Source: an uncultured Actinomycetes bacterium (lineage in GTDB: Bacteria > Actinomycetota > Acidimicrobiia > IMCC26256 > JBBRZM01). Taken from it: a stretch of DNA of 64,000 nucleotides. Both the position numbers and the translations under genes were made by a program. Below the pieces are notes generated by a model. The model did no database searches and was not told where the DNA came from. It saw nothing but the letters and a program-made list of their open reading frames with translations. This document shows, in pieces, positions 10,174 through 22,012 of the stretch (within the stretch, counting starts at the first letter, position 1; each line of letters begins with the position of its first letter). The DNA lies in the NCBI GenBank assembly GCA_963813635.1, contig CAWEZO010000011.1:618220-682219 (forward strand), given 5' to 3'.

Positions 10174-11155
10174 ATGCAGTCGACCCGATGGTTCATCGTC
10201 GGCGGCGCGGGATTTGTCGGCAGTCACTTCACCGACCGCCTGCTCGCCGAGCCCGAGACCGATGCGGTCACGTTGTACGACAACCTCTCGTCGGGACGCG
10301 AGTGGCATTTCGCGCAGCACCTGGGCGACAAGCGCTTCACGCTCGTCAAAGGCGATGCCGGCGACATCGACACGCTCGCGGCCGCGATGCAGGGTCACCA
10401 CGTCATCATCCACCTAGCGTCCAACCCCGATATTGCCGCCGCGATGAGCAACCCCGACATCGACTTCGTGGAGGGCACCGCACTCACACGCGGCGTCGTC
10501 GAGGCGATGCGGCGCAGCGAGACGCCGCGCATCCTCTACGCGTCGGGAAGCGGCGTGTACGGCGATCTCGGCGAGCTCGAGGTCGCGCGAAGACCATGGA
10601 CCGCTCGTGCCGACGTCCACGTACGGAGCGAGCAAGCTCGCCGGCGAGGCGTTGATCGCGTCGTACACCGCGATGTTCGGCCTGAGCGGGTGCGCTTTCC
10701 GCTTCGGCAACGTCGTGGGCCCGCGCCAGACCCACGGCGTGGGTTTCGACTTCGTGCGCAAGCTCCTGGCCGACCCGACACGACTCGAGATTCTGGGCGA
10801 CGGCACGCAGAGCAAGTCCTATATCCATGTTCTCGACGTGGTCGAGGCCGTGCTCCTCGCGCACCGACGCACAACCGAGCCGTTTCAGACGTACAACGTG
10901 GCCACCGGCGACTACATCACCGTCAAGGAGATCGCCGACCTTGCCGTCGAGTGCCTCGCGCTCCAACCCACGTCGGTCCGCTACGAGTTCACCGGGGGCC
11001 CTCGCGGCTGGAAGGGTGACGTGCCGGTCGTGCGCATCAACACCGACCGCATTCGCGGGCTCGGCTGGGAGTGCAAGCTCGGATCCCGCGACGCGCTGCG
11101 TGCCGCGATCGATGCGCTGCTGCCTGAAGCCCGCGCCGGCCGGCTCACGGGTTAG
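10174..11155 (+). CDS. NAD-dependent epimerase/dehydratase (frameshift near 10590)
   Basis: GGAGFVGSH, YASGSGVYG, then YGASK, RFGNVVG, LGDGTQSKSY in the second frame. Confidence 0.85.
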
Positions 11156-11160
11156 CGGTC

Positions 11161-11724
11161 GTGCGAAGCGCGGTGTTCCTGGATCGTGACGGCGTGCTCA
11201 ATCGCGCGTTCGTGGTCGATGGCGTGCCGCACCCGCCGGCGCCACCGGAGGAGCTGGAGCTGTTGCCGGGCGTGCGCGAGGCGTGCGCTGCGCTCCACGC
11301 GGCGGGGCTCCTGCTCGTTGTCGTCACGAACCAACCCGACATCGCCCGAGGGTCGGTGCACGCCGGGTCGGTCGATCTCGACAACGAGATGCTTCGCTCG
11401 GCGTTGCCACTCGATGACATCGTGGTGTGCCCGCACGACGACGCCGATGGGTGCGAGTGCCGCAAACCCAAGCCGGGCATGCTCGTCGAGGCCGCCCGGC
11501 ATCACGGGATCGACCTGGCCCGCAGCGTGATGGTGGGCGACCGCTGGCGCGACATCGCGGCTGGTCGGGCGGCGGGATGCAGCACTGTGTTCGTGGACCA
11601 CGGCTACGCTGAACCACGGCCCATCAGCCCTGATCTCACGGTTTCCGGTCTCGTTGATGCCGTGCCCTGGATCCTCGAGCACGTTTCGAGCCACGCAGTC
11701 GTACGAGAGGAAGAGTGCACCTGA
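11161..11724 (+). CDS. gmhB: D,D-heptose 1,7-bisphosphate phosphatase (HAD IIIA)
   Basis: FLDRDGVLN, VTNQPD, CPHD...CECRKPKPGM, VGDRWRD. Confidence 0.85.
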   Translation: MRSAVFLDRDGVLNRAFVVDGVPHPPAPPEELELLPGVREACAALHAAGLLLVVVTNQPDIARGSVHAGSVDLDNEMLRSALPLDDIVVCPHDDADGCECRKPKPGMLVEAARHHGIDLARSVMVGDRWRDIAAGRAAGCSTVFVDHGYAEPRPISPDLTVSGLVDAVPWILEHVSSHAVVREEECT

Positions 11725-12437
11725 TGGCAATCGACCTCAATGAGGTGAAGCTGTTCGCCGATGGCGCCGATCGCGCCGGCATCCTCAACCTTCGAGACCA
11801 CCCGATGGTCAAGGGGTTTACGACGAACCCCACACTGATGCGCTCTGCAGGCATCGACGACTACGAGTCGTTCGCGCTCGACCTCCTCCAGCTCGTGCCC
11901 GACCGGCCGGTCTCCTTCGAGGTGTTCTCCGACGACTTCGACGACATGGAGGACCAGGCCCGCAAGATCGCGTCATGGGGCGACAACGTGTTCGTGAAGG
12001 TGCCGATCAGCAACACGCGCGGCGACAGCTCCGCCGAGCTGCAACAGCGTCTTGCCGGCGCGGGCGTGAAGATCAACGTGACCGCGCTGATGACGGTTGC
12101 GCAAGTGGAGTGCACCGTCGCGACGCTCGCCGGCGGCCCGCCCGCGTTCATCTCGGTCTTTGCGGGGCGGATCGCCGACACCGGCCGTGACCCCATTCCC
12201 ATCATGCGCGACTCGCTCACCGCGATGGCCGGCGCGTCAAACCTCGAGCTGATCTGGGCGAGCACACGTGAGCTGCTCAACGTCGTGCAGGCTGCGTCGA
12301 TCGGCTGTCACATCATCACGGTCACGCACGATCTGTTGAACAAGCTCCCCACACTCGGGCGCGATCTCGACGAGTTTTCGCTCGACACCGTCAAGATGTT
12401 TCACCGCGACGCGGAGCACGCCGGCTACTCGCTCTAG
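11724..12437 (+). CDS. tal: Transaldolase (short type)
   Basis: FADGAD, GFTTNPTL, SFEV, VFVKVP (Schiff-base Lys), NVTA, SVFAGRIAD. Confidence 0.85.
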   Translation: MAIDLNEVKLFADGADRAGILNLRDHPMVKGFTTNPTLMRSAGIDDYESFALDLLQLVPDRPVSFEVFSDDFDDMEDQARKIASWGDNVFVKVPISNTRGDSSAELQQRLAGAGVKINVTALMTVAQVECTVATLAGGPPAFISVFAGRIADTGRDPIPIMRDSLTAMAGASNLELIWASTRELLNVVQAASIGCHIITVTHDLLNKLPTLGRDLDEFSLDTVKMFHRDAEHAGYSL

Positions 12438-12440
12438 ACG

Positions 12441-13352
12441 TCAGCTCGCGCGGACACGGGCGCGGGCTTCCTCCAGCACGTCATCGAGTGTCACTTCGAG
12501 ATCGATCGCGCGTGTCCAACCGGTTGCGCGCTGGAGCTTGGTGCAGTCGCCCACGAGCTGCGGCACCTCGATCGCGCGGACGAGCGCAGGATCGACCCTC
12601 AGGCGCAAAGGCCGATCGCTCCGCGCCAGCAGGCGCGCCGCGATCTCGGAAACGGCCAGCCCGCGACCGGAGCACACGTTGTAGGCCTCGCCCGGCGTGC
12701 CCCGCTCGGCCAGGAGCCGGTACGCCGCGACGACGTCGCGCACGTCGGTGAGGTCTCGTATCGCGTCGAGGTTGCCGACGACGATCGCGTCGCGTCCATC
12801 GCGTTCAGCCTCGGCGATGCGCTGCGCCAGACCGGGCAGCAGGAAGCGCGGTTCCTGGCCGGGTCCGATGTGGTTGAACGCGCGGACGCGGATCGTGGCG
12901 AGCCCCTCGGCGAGAAACGCCTGGAGCGCGAGGTAGTCGGCGGCGACCTTGCTGACACCGTACGGCGTGAGCGGCCGGAGCGGGACAGTCTCGCGCAGCG
13001 GGAGGTCGTGCTCGTCGACCGCGCCATACTCGTCGGCGCTGCCGACCACCACGACCCGCGCGCCACCGGCGGCCTGCGCGGCCCGGAGCACGTGCAACGT
13101 GCCTTCGATGTTGACCCGAAACACCCGTACCGGCGCGTCCCACGACTCACCGACGTGGCTCAGCGCGGCAAGGTGATAGATCACGTCCGGCTCGATCGAA
13201 ATGACGGCGTCCTCGACAGCGCCCGGATCGGTGACATCGAGTGACGGCGTGCTCTCTCGGTCGAAGGTGCGCACCTCGTCGCCGCATGCGTGCAGATGCG
13301 CGACGAGGTGGCGGCCGACGAAGCCACCCGCGCCGGTGACGAGAGCTTTCAT
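12441..13352 (-). CDS. GDP-sugar SDR enzyme, GDP-4-keto-6-deoxy-D-mannose reductase (Rmd)/GMD family
   Basis: VTGAGGFVG, HLAALSHV, YGVSK, RAFNHIGPGQ, GNLDAIRDLTDVRD. Confidence 0.75.
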   Translation of the reverse strand: MKALVTGAGGFVGRHLVAHLHACGDEVRTFDRESTPSLDVTDPGAVEDAVISIEPDVIYHLAALSHVGESWDAPVRVFRVNIEGTLHVLRAAQAAGGARVVVVGSADEYGAVDEHDLPLRETVPLRPLTPYGVSKVAADYLALQAFLAEGLATIRVRAFNHIGPGQEPRFLLPGLAQRIAEAERDGRDAIVVGNLDAIRDLTDVRDVVAAYRLLAERGTPGEAYNVCSGRGLAVSEIAARLLARSDRPLRLRVDPALVRAIEVPQLVGDCTKLQRATGWTRAIDLEVTLDDVLEEARARVRAS

Positions 13353-14434
13353 GGCCAGCCTTCGGCCGCGTCGGCATACAGCGCGGCGTGGGCTTTCGCC
13401 GCGCTCGTCCAGTCGAACGTCGCCGCCCGGGCGCGCGCCCGCCTCGCGCGTTCGCCGGTGGCGGTGTCGAGCAGCTCGAGGACCGCTGCCGCCCATCCGT
13501 CGACGTCGCCCGGATCGACGACGATTCCCGCATCGGCCACGACCTCCGGCAGCGCGCCGGAGCGCGTGACCACCGGCGTACAGCCGCGCGCCAGCGCCTC
13601 GATTGCGGACCAGCAGAACGTCGCGGCCCGCTCGGGCACGAGCAGCGCGGTCGTGTGTCGCATCAGTGCGTCAAGCGTTGCATCGTCGATCGGTCCGAGC
13701 GCACGCACTCCGTCGCGCTCGATGGTCGCGCGAGTCGCGCCGCCGCCGGCCCACTCACCGGCAAGCACGAGTCCGAGCGCGGGATTCGTGGCGCGGAGCC
13801 GGCTGAACGCCGCGACGATCTCGACGATGTCGGGACCGATCCTGCCGCAGACGAGCACGAACGGCGGGCGCACGCCGATCCGGCGGAGTCGGACCTCAAC
13901 GGGTGTGTGCTCATCAACCGCGAGCATGGAACCGCCCGGCGGCACGACCGCGACCCGTTCGTCCGGAAAGCCAGCACCGCGCAAAGCAGCACGGGCGAAC
14001 TCGGACCACACGATGATGGTGTGCGCCTCGGCACGCGCGACTTCGAGTCCGTGCCGGAGCATCCGTTCCTCGTGCACTTCGAGACCGTCGGGATCGACGA
14101 CGATTCTCACGTCGGGCACTGTCACGACGAGACCGGCACGGCCGGGTGGGGGCACGACGAGGTCGGGCGCGTGCACGACGTCGACTGGTGTGTCGAGCCG
14201 CAGTGGAGGCAGCCGCAGCCGCACCCACAAGCGGTCGCGCGCGGGCGAGAACGGGTGGCCGAGCTGCACGAACCCGGGCCAGTCTCGCCGGCGATGCTCC
14301 GAGGGGTCACCCGCGGCGAAGGTCACGAGATCGATGCCGACGTCGGGCAGCGACTGCATGAGCCCCTGGAGGTAGCGGGCGGATCCGTGCGGATGGCGCT
14401 CGAGCATCGGGCCCATGTGCAATGCGACGTTCAC
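13349..14434 (-). CDS. GT4 family glycosyltransferase (divergent)
   Basis: GT-B layout, AIEALARGCTPVV, GALPEV, FDW; usual ExFG motif degenerate (ERAATF). Confidence 0.7.
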   Translation of the reverse strand: MNVALHMGPMLERHPHGSARYLQGLMQSLPDVGIDLVTFAAGDPSEHRRRDWPGFVQLGHPFSPARDRLWVRLRLPPLRLDTPVDVVHAPDLVVPPPGRAGLVVTVPDVRIVVDPDGLEVHEERMLRHGLEVARAEAHTIIVWSEFARAALRGAGFPDERVAVVPPGGSMLAVDEHTPVEVRLRRIGVRPPFVLVCGRIGPDIVEIVAAFSRLRATNPALGLVLAGEWAGGGATRATIERDGVRALGPIDDATLDALMRHTTALLVPERAATFCWSAIEALARGCTPVVTRSGALPEVVADAGIVVDPGDVDGWAAAVLELLDTATGERARRARARAATFDWTSAAKAHAALYADAAEGWP

Positions 14435-15556
14435 GTGACGCTCCGGTACATCCGCACGAACTCGTCGCCCGCGAGCTCCCAGGAGAAGCTCGCGGCCCGC
14501 GTCTTGCCGCGCTCCATCAGCTCGGCCCGCTCCCGGTCGTCGGTCAGCAGCACCGCGAGCGCATCTGCGAGGGCTCTCTCGTCATGCGGGTCGACGAGAC
14601 GGGCAGCGTCGCCCAGCACCTCGGGCAACGCACCGGCACGTGATGCGACGACCGGTACGCCGTTGGTCATGGCTTCCAGGGGTGGATGGCCGAAGCCCTC
14701 GTAGATCGACGGATAGGCGAACACGCTTGCGCCGGCAAGAAGGTCGCGACGTGCTTCATCAGTGACGTAGCCGACACGGTGGATGCGCTCATGGTGACGT
14801 GCCGCCGCGCACGCTGTGCTGAACTCGCGCACACCCCAGCCGTCGGGGCCGGCAACGACCAGCGCGACCTCGGGATCCCGTGCCGCGAGTTGATCGAAGG
14901 CGCGCACGAGCACCGGAAGGTTCTTACGAGGCTCGATCGCGCCGAGCGCGAGCACGTAGCGGTCTCGCCCGGCGCTCGCCCGCCCGCGTGACGGATCGCC
15001 GCCGGCGGCCACGCCGAGACCCGGGTAGACGCGCACCACGCGCGTTTCGGGAAGCCCGAACTCGGCGCGCACCTCGTCGCCCACGAAGTCGCTGACGACG
15101 TGGATCGTGGCCCCGCGATCGATCGCCCGCTCGATCAGCCGCGGGTACTGCAACGCGTCGGCGGTGCAGAGCTCGGGAAAACGGGCGAACGTCAAGTCGT
15201 GGATCGTGACGATCACCGGAGCGCGCGGGCGGCCCGACGAAGTTGGTTCCGTGCACGACGTCGACACGACCCGTCCACCACTCGACGCGTGGAAACGGGA
15301 TCCGCGGCCACAGCTCCCGTGTGAGCCGCGCCGGAAACAGCGCGGTCGCGGAATCAACGCCGCGCGGGAGAGCACGTTGGAGCTCGGCGCGGCCTCGCCA
15401 CGTGACGGCGTACGCCACCGGCGCGATATCCGGGCGCGTCGCGAGCGTGCGGAGCAGCTCGGCGGTCACGTGACCCACTCCCGTGCGGTTGCCGAGCAGT
15501 GGCGTGCCGTCGACGGCGACTCGCAGTGGTCGGCGACCGTCGGACAAATGTGTCAC
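14431..15556 (-). CDS. GT4 family glycosyltransferase (frameshift near 15225)
   Basis: RTGVGH, VTIHDL, EPRKNL, PSIYEGFGHPPLEAM. Confidence 0.85.
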
Positions 15557-15607
15557 GCGGGACGATCCTGACGGCGCGACCGTGGATTTGAGCGCGTTAG
15601 GCTTCCG

Positions 15608-17509
15608 GTGATGCGTCGCATCTCCCTGCGTTTCCTCGTGCCGATTGGCGCCGCCCTCACGCTTGGCGTGTCGACGTTTGTCGTTGTGCTCCCGACGCTC
15701 CCCTACGCGTCCACGCCGCCGGTCACGATCGATAACGTCGATCTCACCCCGGCAGCGCAGACCGTCACCCCCGGTTGGCAGGCCCAGACCGATACCACCG
15801 CCAACATGGTGGGCGTCTCGTGGCAGGGCAAGGCGCCGGCCGACTTCACCGTCGAGAAGCGTGATCCCCGCGGCCACTGGCACTCGCTCGCGCCGGTCGG
15901 CACAGGTGAGGACCCCGGAGTCGACCCCGGGTCGCGTGACGCGAAGTCGGCCCGGCGCCACGCCGCGACGAACTCGACCGAGCCGGTGTGGGTCGGCAAC
16001 GACACCACCGCCGTGCGGGTGAAGCTCGACCAGGGCACCGCCACCAACGTCGACCTCAAGGTGATCAAGACGCCGAAGGTCTCGACGAGCCCGCGGGGAG
16101 CGCGGACGCGCTGCCCGCGTGGCCCAACATCATCTTCCGAAACCAGTGGGGTGCAGACGAAGGCCTCCGCCTCCGCAATTGCTCGAGTCCCGACTACGAC
16201 GCACAGGTGCAGCTCGCAGTCGTGCACCACACGGTCAACAGCAACAACTACTCGCCGGGGGAGAGCGCGTCGATCGTGCGCGGCGTCTACGCGTACCACA
16301 CGCTCACGCTGGGGTACTGCGACATCGCATACAACTTCCTCGTCGATCGGTACGGCCAGATATTCGAAGGTCGCTTCGGGGGCACCGACCGGCCGGTGCA
16401 CGGCGCGCACGCGATCGGATTCAACACCAACACCACCGGCGTCGCGGCGATCGGCAACTACCAGGGGGTCGGTGCACCCGGGGAGCTGATCAGCGGCCTC
16501 CAGAACATCATCGCCTGGAAGCTCGCCGCCTCCGGTGTCGACCCGGGGAAGGCGACGCTCTACACGACCAACGGCAACGACAAGTTCGCTCCCGGTACCC
16601 AGCTCTGGGAGCCGGTGGTCATCGGCCATCGCGACACGTGGTTCACCGACTGTCCGGGCAGCGGGCTCTACGGTCGCCTCGGTGAGATCGCGGCGCCGGC
16701 GGCGGCGCGCGGTGATCTCGAGTATCCCCGAGCCGACACCATGGTGGGTGCCGGGGATCTTCCAGCCCGCGATCGCGACGCTCGATGCGTTCGGCGGCGT
16801 GCATCCGGCCGGCAGCGCGAGCGGCTTCCACCACACCGCGTACTGGCCCGGCTGGCCGATCGCGCGCGCGGTCAAGCTCAAGACGGCGGCGGGCGGTTAC
16901 GTGCTCGATGGCTGGGGTGGGATCCACTCGTTCGGGAATGCCGGCGGCGCCGGGGCGCTGACCGCGTACTGGCGCGGTTGGGACATTGCCCGTGACATCG
17001 TGCTCCGCCCGGCCGGCGGTGGATGGGTGCTCGACGGTTGGGGCAGCGTGCACGCCTTTGGTGGCGCGCCCGCGATCAACTCGGGCGTCTACTGGTACGG
17101 CTGGGACATCGCGCGCAGCCTCGTGGTGTTTCCCAGCGGCCTGGGCGGTTATGTGCTCGATGGATGGGGTGGGATCCACAAGTTCGGGAATGCACGCGCC
17201 GTGGGCGCGCATCCGATCTGGTACGGCTGGGACATCGCGCGCAGCATCGTGTGGCGAAGCGACAACCGCGGCGGCTACCTGCTCGACGGGTACGGCGGCT
17301 TGTATCCGTTCGCGGGCGCCCCGCCGATGGCCAACGTGCAATACCTCGGGCACGACTTCGCCGCGTCGGTCGCTCTCAACCGTGGCGGCAGCGGGGGATA
17401 CGTGCTCGATCGGTTCGGCGGCCTCTACCCGTTCGGGAACGCGCCGTGGGTGCGAGTGTCCCAGACCTGGTGGGGCTTCTCCCTCGGGCGCGGAGTCGCT
17501 ACCGGCTGA
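15608..17509 (+). CDS. Secreted N-acetylmuramoyl-L-alanine amidase (Amidase_2/PGRP-like) with six C-terminal Trp-rich repeats (frameshifts near 16095 and 16710)
   Basis: Signal peptide; VVHHT, DIAYNFLVDRYGQIFEGR, GAHAIGFN, GHRD..TDCPG (His/His/Cys Zn ligands); repeats GGYVLDGWGG..WDIAR. Confidence 0.85.
16770..17506 (+). repeat. Six ~42-codon coding repeats (GGYVLDGWGGxHxFG..YWxGWDIAR)
   Basis: Recurring gtgctcga(t/c)gg and tgggacat(c/t)gc strings at ~125-bp spacing. Confidence 0.9.
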
Positions 17510-17515
17510 CGCCGC

Positions 17516-18782
17516 TCACTCGTCGGGCGTCGACGCGACGATTGCGTATTCCTGCGCGCCGAAGAGCACCTCGTTGAGCCGTCGGAGTGCGGTGTTGATC
17601 TGCTTGACCGACGCGGGGGCATCGGCGGTCTCGTCGAGCAACGTCAGCTGGTAATCGGTGGCCGGTTCGTAGAACTCGAGTCGCACGTCGCGGAAGCCGG
17701 CGCGTTCGAGGAGGAACGTGAGCAGCGACGGGTGCAGGGGCCAGACGTGCGTCGGGTCAAGGATGTACGAGTTCCCCAGGACGATGAGCGATGCCGGATT
17801 CGGCGTCTCCGCGAGCAGGAGCCCCCCCGCCACGAGACGGGTCGCAGCGAGGTCGAGGAACGCGGTGAGCGTGTCGAAGGGGAGGTGCTCGACGAGATGG
17901 ATTGCCGTGATGGCGCCGTAGGAATGTGCCGGTGCGGCGCGGCAGGAACTCGACCGCGTCACCGACGCGTGCGTCGAGGCCGGCAGCGCGGGCTTCGACG
18001 ACCATCCCCGGGTCGAGGTCGAGGCCGGTCGCCTCGATGCCGCGCTCGTGGAGGACGCCCAGCAACTCGCCTCGCCCGCAACCCACGTCGAGCACAGGAG
18101 CGCGGCCCGCGAGGCGTTCGACATATCGCCGTTCGAATGTCGCGCGGACGTGCCGGGAATCGCCGCGGAAGCGTTGCTCGAACCCGACGTAGTCGAAGGC
18201 GCTCGCGGTTGCGGGGACCTCTCCCGGCGATGCGGCCGACGCCGCGGCGGACGCCGGTGCCGTCGCGGCGGGCTCGACCGCGGACGCTGCGGTCCGCGAG
18301 CGACGGTCGATCGCGTTCACCCGTTCCCGTAGCTCTGCGAAGCGCGCCGGGACGCCGTCGAGCCCGGCAGCCGGCGCGATCGCCGCGCCGAGCGCGTCGA
18401 GTGCATCGTGGAACGCCTGGAGCTCGCCCTTCATCAGCTCGAGATTGATGGTGAGCGACTGCACCTCGTCGTCCGATGGCAAGGTGTCGAGCGCGGCCCG
18501 GACCGCCTTCAACTCCCCGTGCATGAGCTCGACCTCGACTGCGAGCCGGTCGTGCTCGGTGCCGTGGCTTACGCGCAGCCGCGTCGCCGTCGCGTCCGCC
18601 GTGCGGTCGAGGAACCGCTGCCACAACGGCCGTGCGACCCGACGCGCCGCGCCCTTCGCGCCCCGCTTCTTCGGCTCGTCTGTGACGGGGTCTGCCTTGT
18701 CGTTGTCGGGCTGCGACTCCACACCGAGGTCGGTGCGGAGCTCGTCGACGAGCCGGCCCTGCAGGTCCGGGTGCGAAGTCAC
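17516..18782 (-). CDS. Coiled-coil plus SAM methyltransferase, glycan chain-terminator-like (frameshift near 17945)
   Basis: Heptad-rich N-terminus, then FDYVGFEQRFRG, VLDVGCGRGELL, HLVEHL, ETPNP, DPTH. Confidence 0.8.
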
Positions 18783-19662
18783 GCGCCACGCGCGTGCCGG
18801 TGAGCGCCCGGCAGGCGGCGATGGCGCGTTGCTCGGGCGCCGCGTCAACGGGTGTGTGCAGCTCGTCGAGGCGGAGCTGAAGCGAGCCGAGAGGCACGGC
18901 GGGCGGTGTGAGCACGACGCCGAGGCGGGCGAGCATCGTGCGGGCGACGGTACCGACGTCGTGTCGACGTTCGACGAGCGCGCGCGCCTCACGGCCGAGG
19001 CGCGCGGCCTCGAGCATGTCGGCGGCGAGGCCACCGGCGACTTCGACCGCGTTGCTCGCCGATGCGACGAGCACGTCGTGTCCGTCGGTCGCGCCCAGCA
19101 GCGCCACGGTCGCGGCATCGGTCACGACCGGCGTACCGAGCGCAAGGGCGACAAGGGTCGTGCTGCCCCGCACCGCGGCCGCGGACGCGAGCGCGAGCGC
19201 CGTTGCCTCCGTCTCGGGCCGGAGGGCGGTAGGGGAGGGAAACCCGAGCACGACGGTGAACGGCGAGGGGAGCCTCAAGCGACGCCGCCACCGCTCCCGC
19301 AGGAACGGGGCGATGGCCAGATGACGCTCGGCGTCGACGGGGTGTGCCGGCGCCAGGAGCGCGCGCGGCCCGAGCTGCTCGACGCGTGCCGGATCGTCAG
19401 TGATGAGCAGCTCGGCCCGATCGCGAAGCTCGTTCGACACGTCTTCATCTCGTGCCACCACGACGGCCAACGGTGTTGCGCGATCGTGCATCGCCGCCGC
19501 GAGGCCGGGGGCGCGGGCCGAGGTCGCCACGCGCGCCGCGGCGGGGCCGAGCGCGCGATCGGATGCTCGCACCATGCACGAGCGACGGACGCGCGTGACG
19601 AGCTCGCGGGCCATCGGCGGGGTGTCACGACCGACGAGCAGCTCGATGAGCGGTGGGGTCAT
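18779..19662 (-). CDS. Degenerate glycosyltransferase-like protein resembling a GT-B C-terminal half (3' end frameshifted)
   Basis: ALALGTPVVTD and LGREARALVERRHD resemble a GT4 C-terminal domain; start/stop overlaps with neighbours. Confidence 0.55.
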
Positions 19663-20673
19663 GCGCCGGTGAGACTCGCGACGACCGGGTCCCAGCTCAA
19701 GGTGGACACGCGCTCGCGGGCGGCGGCGCCGAGGCGCTCGAGCAGCTCGCGGTCAGTCGCCAAGCGGTCGATTGCCTTGGCGATGCCCGCGGGCGTGCCA
19801 TCGGTGACGAGTCCGGTCACACCGTCTTCGACCCACTCGAGCACGCCACCCGAGTCGGCCGCCGTGATCACCGGCTTGCCGGCGCGAAACGCCTGGAGCG
19901 TGACGTATCCGTAGTCTTCGTCGTGCGGCGTGTACACGACGGCGAGCGCGTTCGAGAACCGCTCGACGAGGTCGTCGTCGTCGACGAACCCCGGCAGCTC
20001 GAGCCGGTCGGTGACCCCGATCTCCCTCGCTCGGCGGAGCAGATGGTCGCGACGTGAGCCGCGCCCGGCGAGGACGGCGCGCGACCGGCGCCTGCACGTG
20101 CGCGAGCGACTCGACGAGCAGCTCGGGGCGCTTGTTTTGCTCGAGACGGGTCGCGCAGAACACAAAGTCGCCGAACGGCCCGGGGTGGAGCCGGTCGTAG
20201 AGCGGCGGCGGGTGGTACAGCGGTTGGGAGGCGAGCCCGTTGTACCGGGCCAGCCGTTCGCTGACGACTCCTGAGATCGTGAAGATGCGCTCGGCTTCGC
20301 TCAACGCCCGGGTGTCCCAGTCGGCCAGGAGGCGCTGGGCGTCGAGCGACTCGTCGTCGAGCCCGAAATCGGACCACGGGCTGTCAGCCGCGTCATACGC
20401 GGCGCGGTGCTGGTGCGGCAGCCAGACGACCTTGCGCGGATGCCGCACGAAGTACGACGGGAAGTTGGTTGCGATCACCAGGTCGGCGTCGACCGGTACG
20501 AAGCGCCACGCGAGCGCGGCGTCGAAGATGCGCTTGCGGTCCCATGCCACGGGGAGCCGGATCAGCTCCGCGCGATGGCCTGCGGCTGCGAGTCGCTCGA
20601 CGAGCTGCTCCATGAGGAGCTCCGCGCCGCCCCGCGTGAAGACGGCCTGCGCGCCGCATACGGCAATGTCCAT
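19659..20673 (-). CDS. GT4 family glycosyltransferase (frameshift near 20080)
   Basis: RGGAE, TNFPSY, HQHR, KRPELL, DEDYGYVTLQAF, DSGGVLE. Confidence 0.85.
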
Positions 20674-20811
20674 GTGACATCGAGCCTAGAGCCTGAAGGC
20701 CCCGCAGCCGGTCCTGACACACCCGGGCGCCGGTGGACCGAGCACCGCGAGCCCAAGCACCGCAGCGGGTTGCGGTGTGATCGCGGGCGCCGCCGCTAAG
20801 GTCTGATCACC

Positions 20812-22008
20812 GTGAAACGAGTTGGACGTCTGGCATTCGTGCCCCCCCGATACGGTGCCGATGTCATCGGCGGTGCCGAGACCGTCATGCGCGAGATGGC
20901 GCACGGGCTGGCCGGGCGCGGCTGGGACGTTGACGTGCTCACCACGTGCGCCCGCGACCATTTCACCTGGGTCAACGAGTATCCCCCCGGCGTCGAGACG
21001 GTCGACGGAGTGACGATCCGCCGGTTCCCGGCTGTGATCTCGACGCCGCGTGCGGAGCGCGCCGCGATCAGCGCCGCGATCGTCGCCGAAGCACCCGTCT
21101 CGATCGAGCTCCAACAGCGATGGATGAACGACGACGTGCGCGTGCCCGACCTGTTCCACTTCCTGCTCGACCACTCGTCCGAGTATCGGGCCATCGTGGT
21201 CGCGCCCTACCTGTTCTGGCCCACGTTCGCGTGCGGTCAGATCGCTCCCGACCGCACGGTGCTGATGCCGTGCCTCCACGACGAGCCCGAGGCCTATCTC
21301 GAGATCTACCAACCGGTGTTCTCGGGGGCCCGGGGCATCTGGTTCCTCTCCGCACCGGAGCAGGAGCTCGCACAACGGATCCATCCGCAGCTCCCCGCGC
21401 ACGAGGTGATCGGTTCCGGCCTGCACGTGCCCGATCGATACGACCCCGAGGCGTTCCGCGCGAAGTACGGCATCGAGGGCCGCTTCGTGCTCTTTGCCGG
21501 TCGTCGAGAGGGCGGCAAGAACTGGGAGCAGCTGCTCGACGGCTTCGCGGCCGCGTCGATGTACGGCGATCTCGATCTGAAGCTCGTGACCATGGGCGCG
21601 CTCGAGGTGCGCCCGCCCGCAGTGATCGCCGACAAGGTCGTCGATCTCGGCTTCCTGCCCGACGACCAGCGCGACAACGCGTTCGCAGCGGCCGACGCGT
21701 ACCTGCAGCCGTCGAAGTACGAGAGCTTCTCGCGCACGATCATGGAGGCATGGCTCGCGGGCACGCCGGTCATCGCGAATGGTGCGAGCGCGGTCAACCG
21801 TTGGCACTGCGAGCGCTCGGGTGCCGGGCTCCTCTACGACGACGACCTGGAGCTCGCGCAGTGCCTCCGCTTCGTCGCCGAGGCACCCGATGCGGCGGCG
21901 GCGCTCGCCGTCGCCGGCCGGCAGTACGTGCTCGACCACTACACCTGGCCGGCGGTGCTCGACCAGGCCGAGGCCACCATCTTCAAATGGCTTCCCGCCG
22001 GACCGTGA
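20812..22008 (+). CDS. GT4 family glycosyltransferase
   Basis: PRYGADVIGGAE, GRREGGKN, PSKYESFSRTIMEAW. Confidence 0.9.
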   Translation: MKRVGRLAFVPPRYGADVIGGAETVMREMAHGLAGRGWDVDVLTTCARDHFTWVNEYPPGVETVDGVTIRRFPAVISTPRAERAAISAAIVAEAPVSIELQQRWMNDDVRVPDLFHFLLDHSSEYRAIVVAPYLFWPTFACGQIAPDRTVLMPCLHDEPEAYLEIYQPVFSGARGIWFLSAPEQELAQRIHPQLPAHEVIGSGLHVPDRYDPEAFRAKYGIEGRFVLFAGRREGGKNWEQLLDGFAAASMYGDLDLKLVTMGALEVRPPAVIADKVVDLGFLPDDQRDNAFAAADAYLQPSKYESFSRTIMEAWLAGTPVIANGASAVNRWHCERSGAGLLYDDDLELAQCLRFVAEAPDAAAALAVAGRQYVLDHYTWPAVLDQAEATIFKWLPAGP

Positions 22009-22012
22009 TCCC

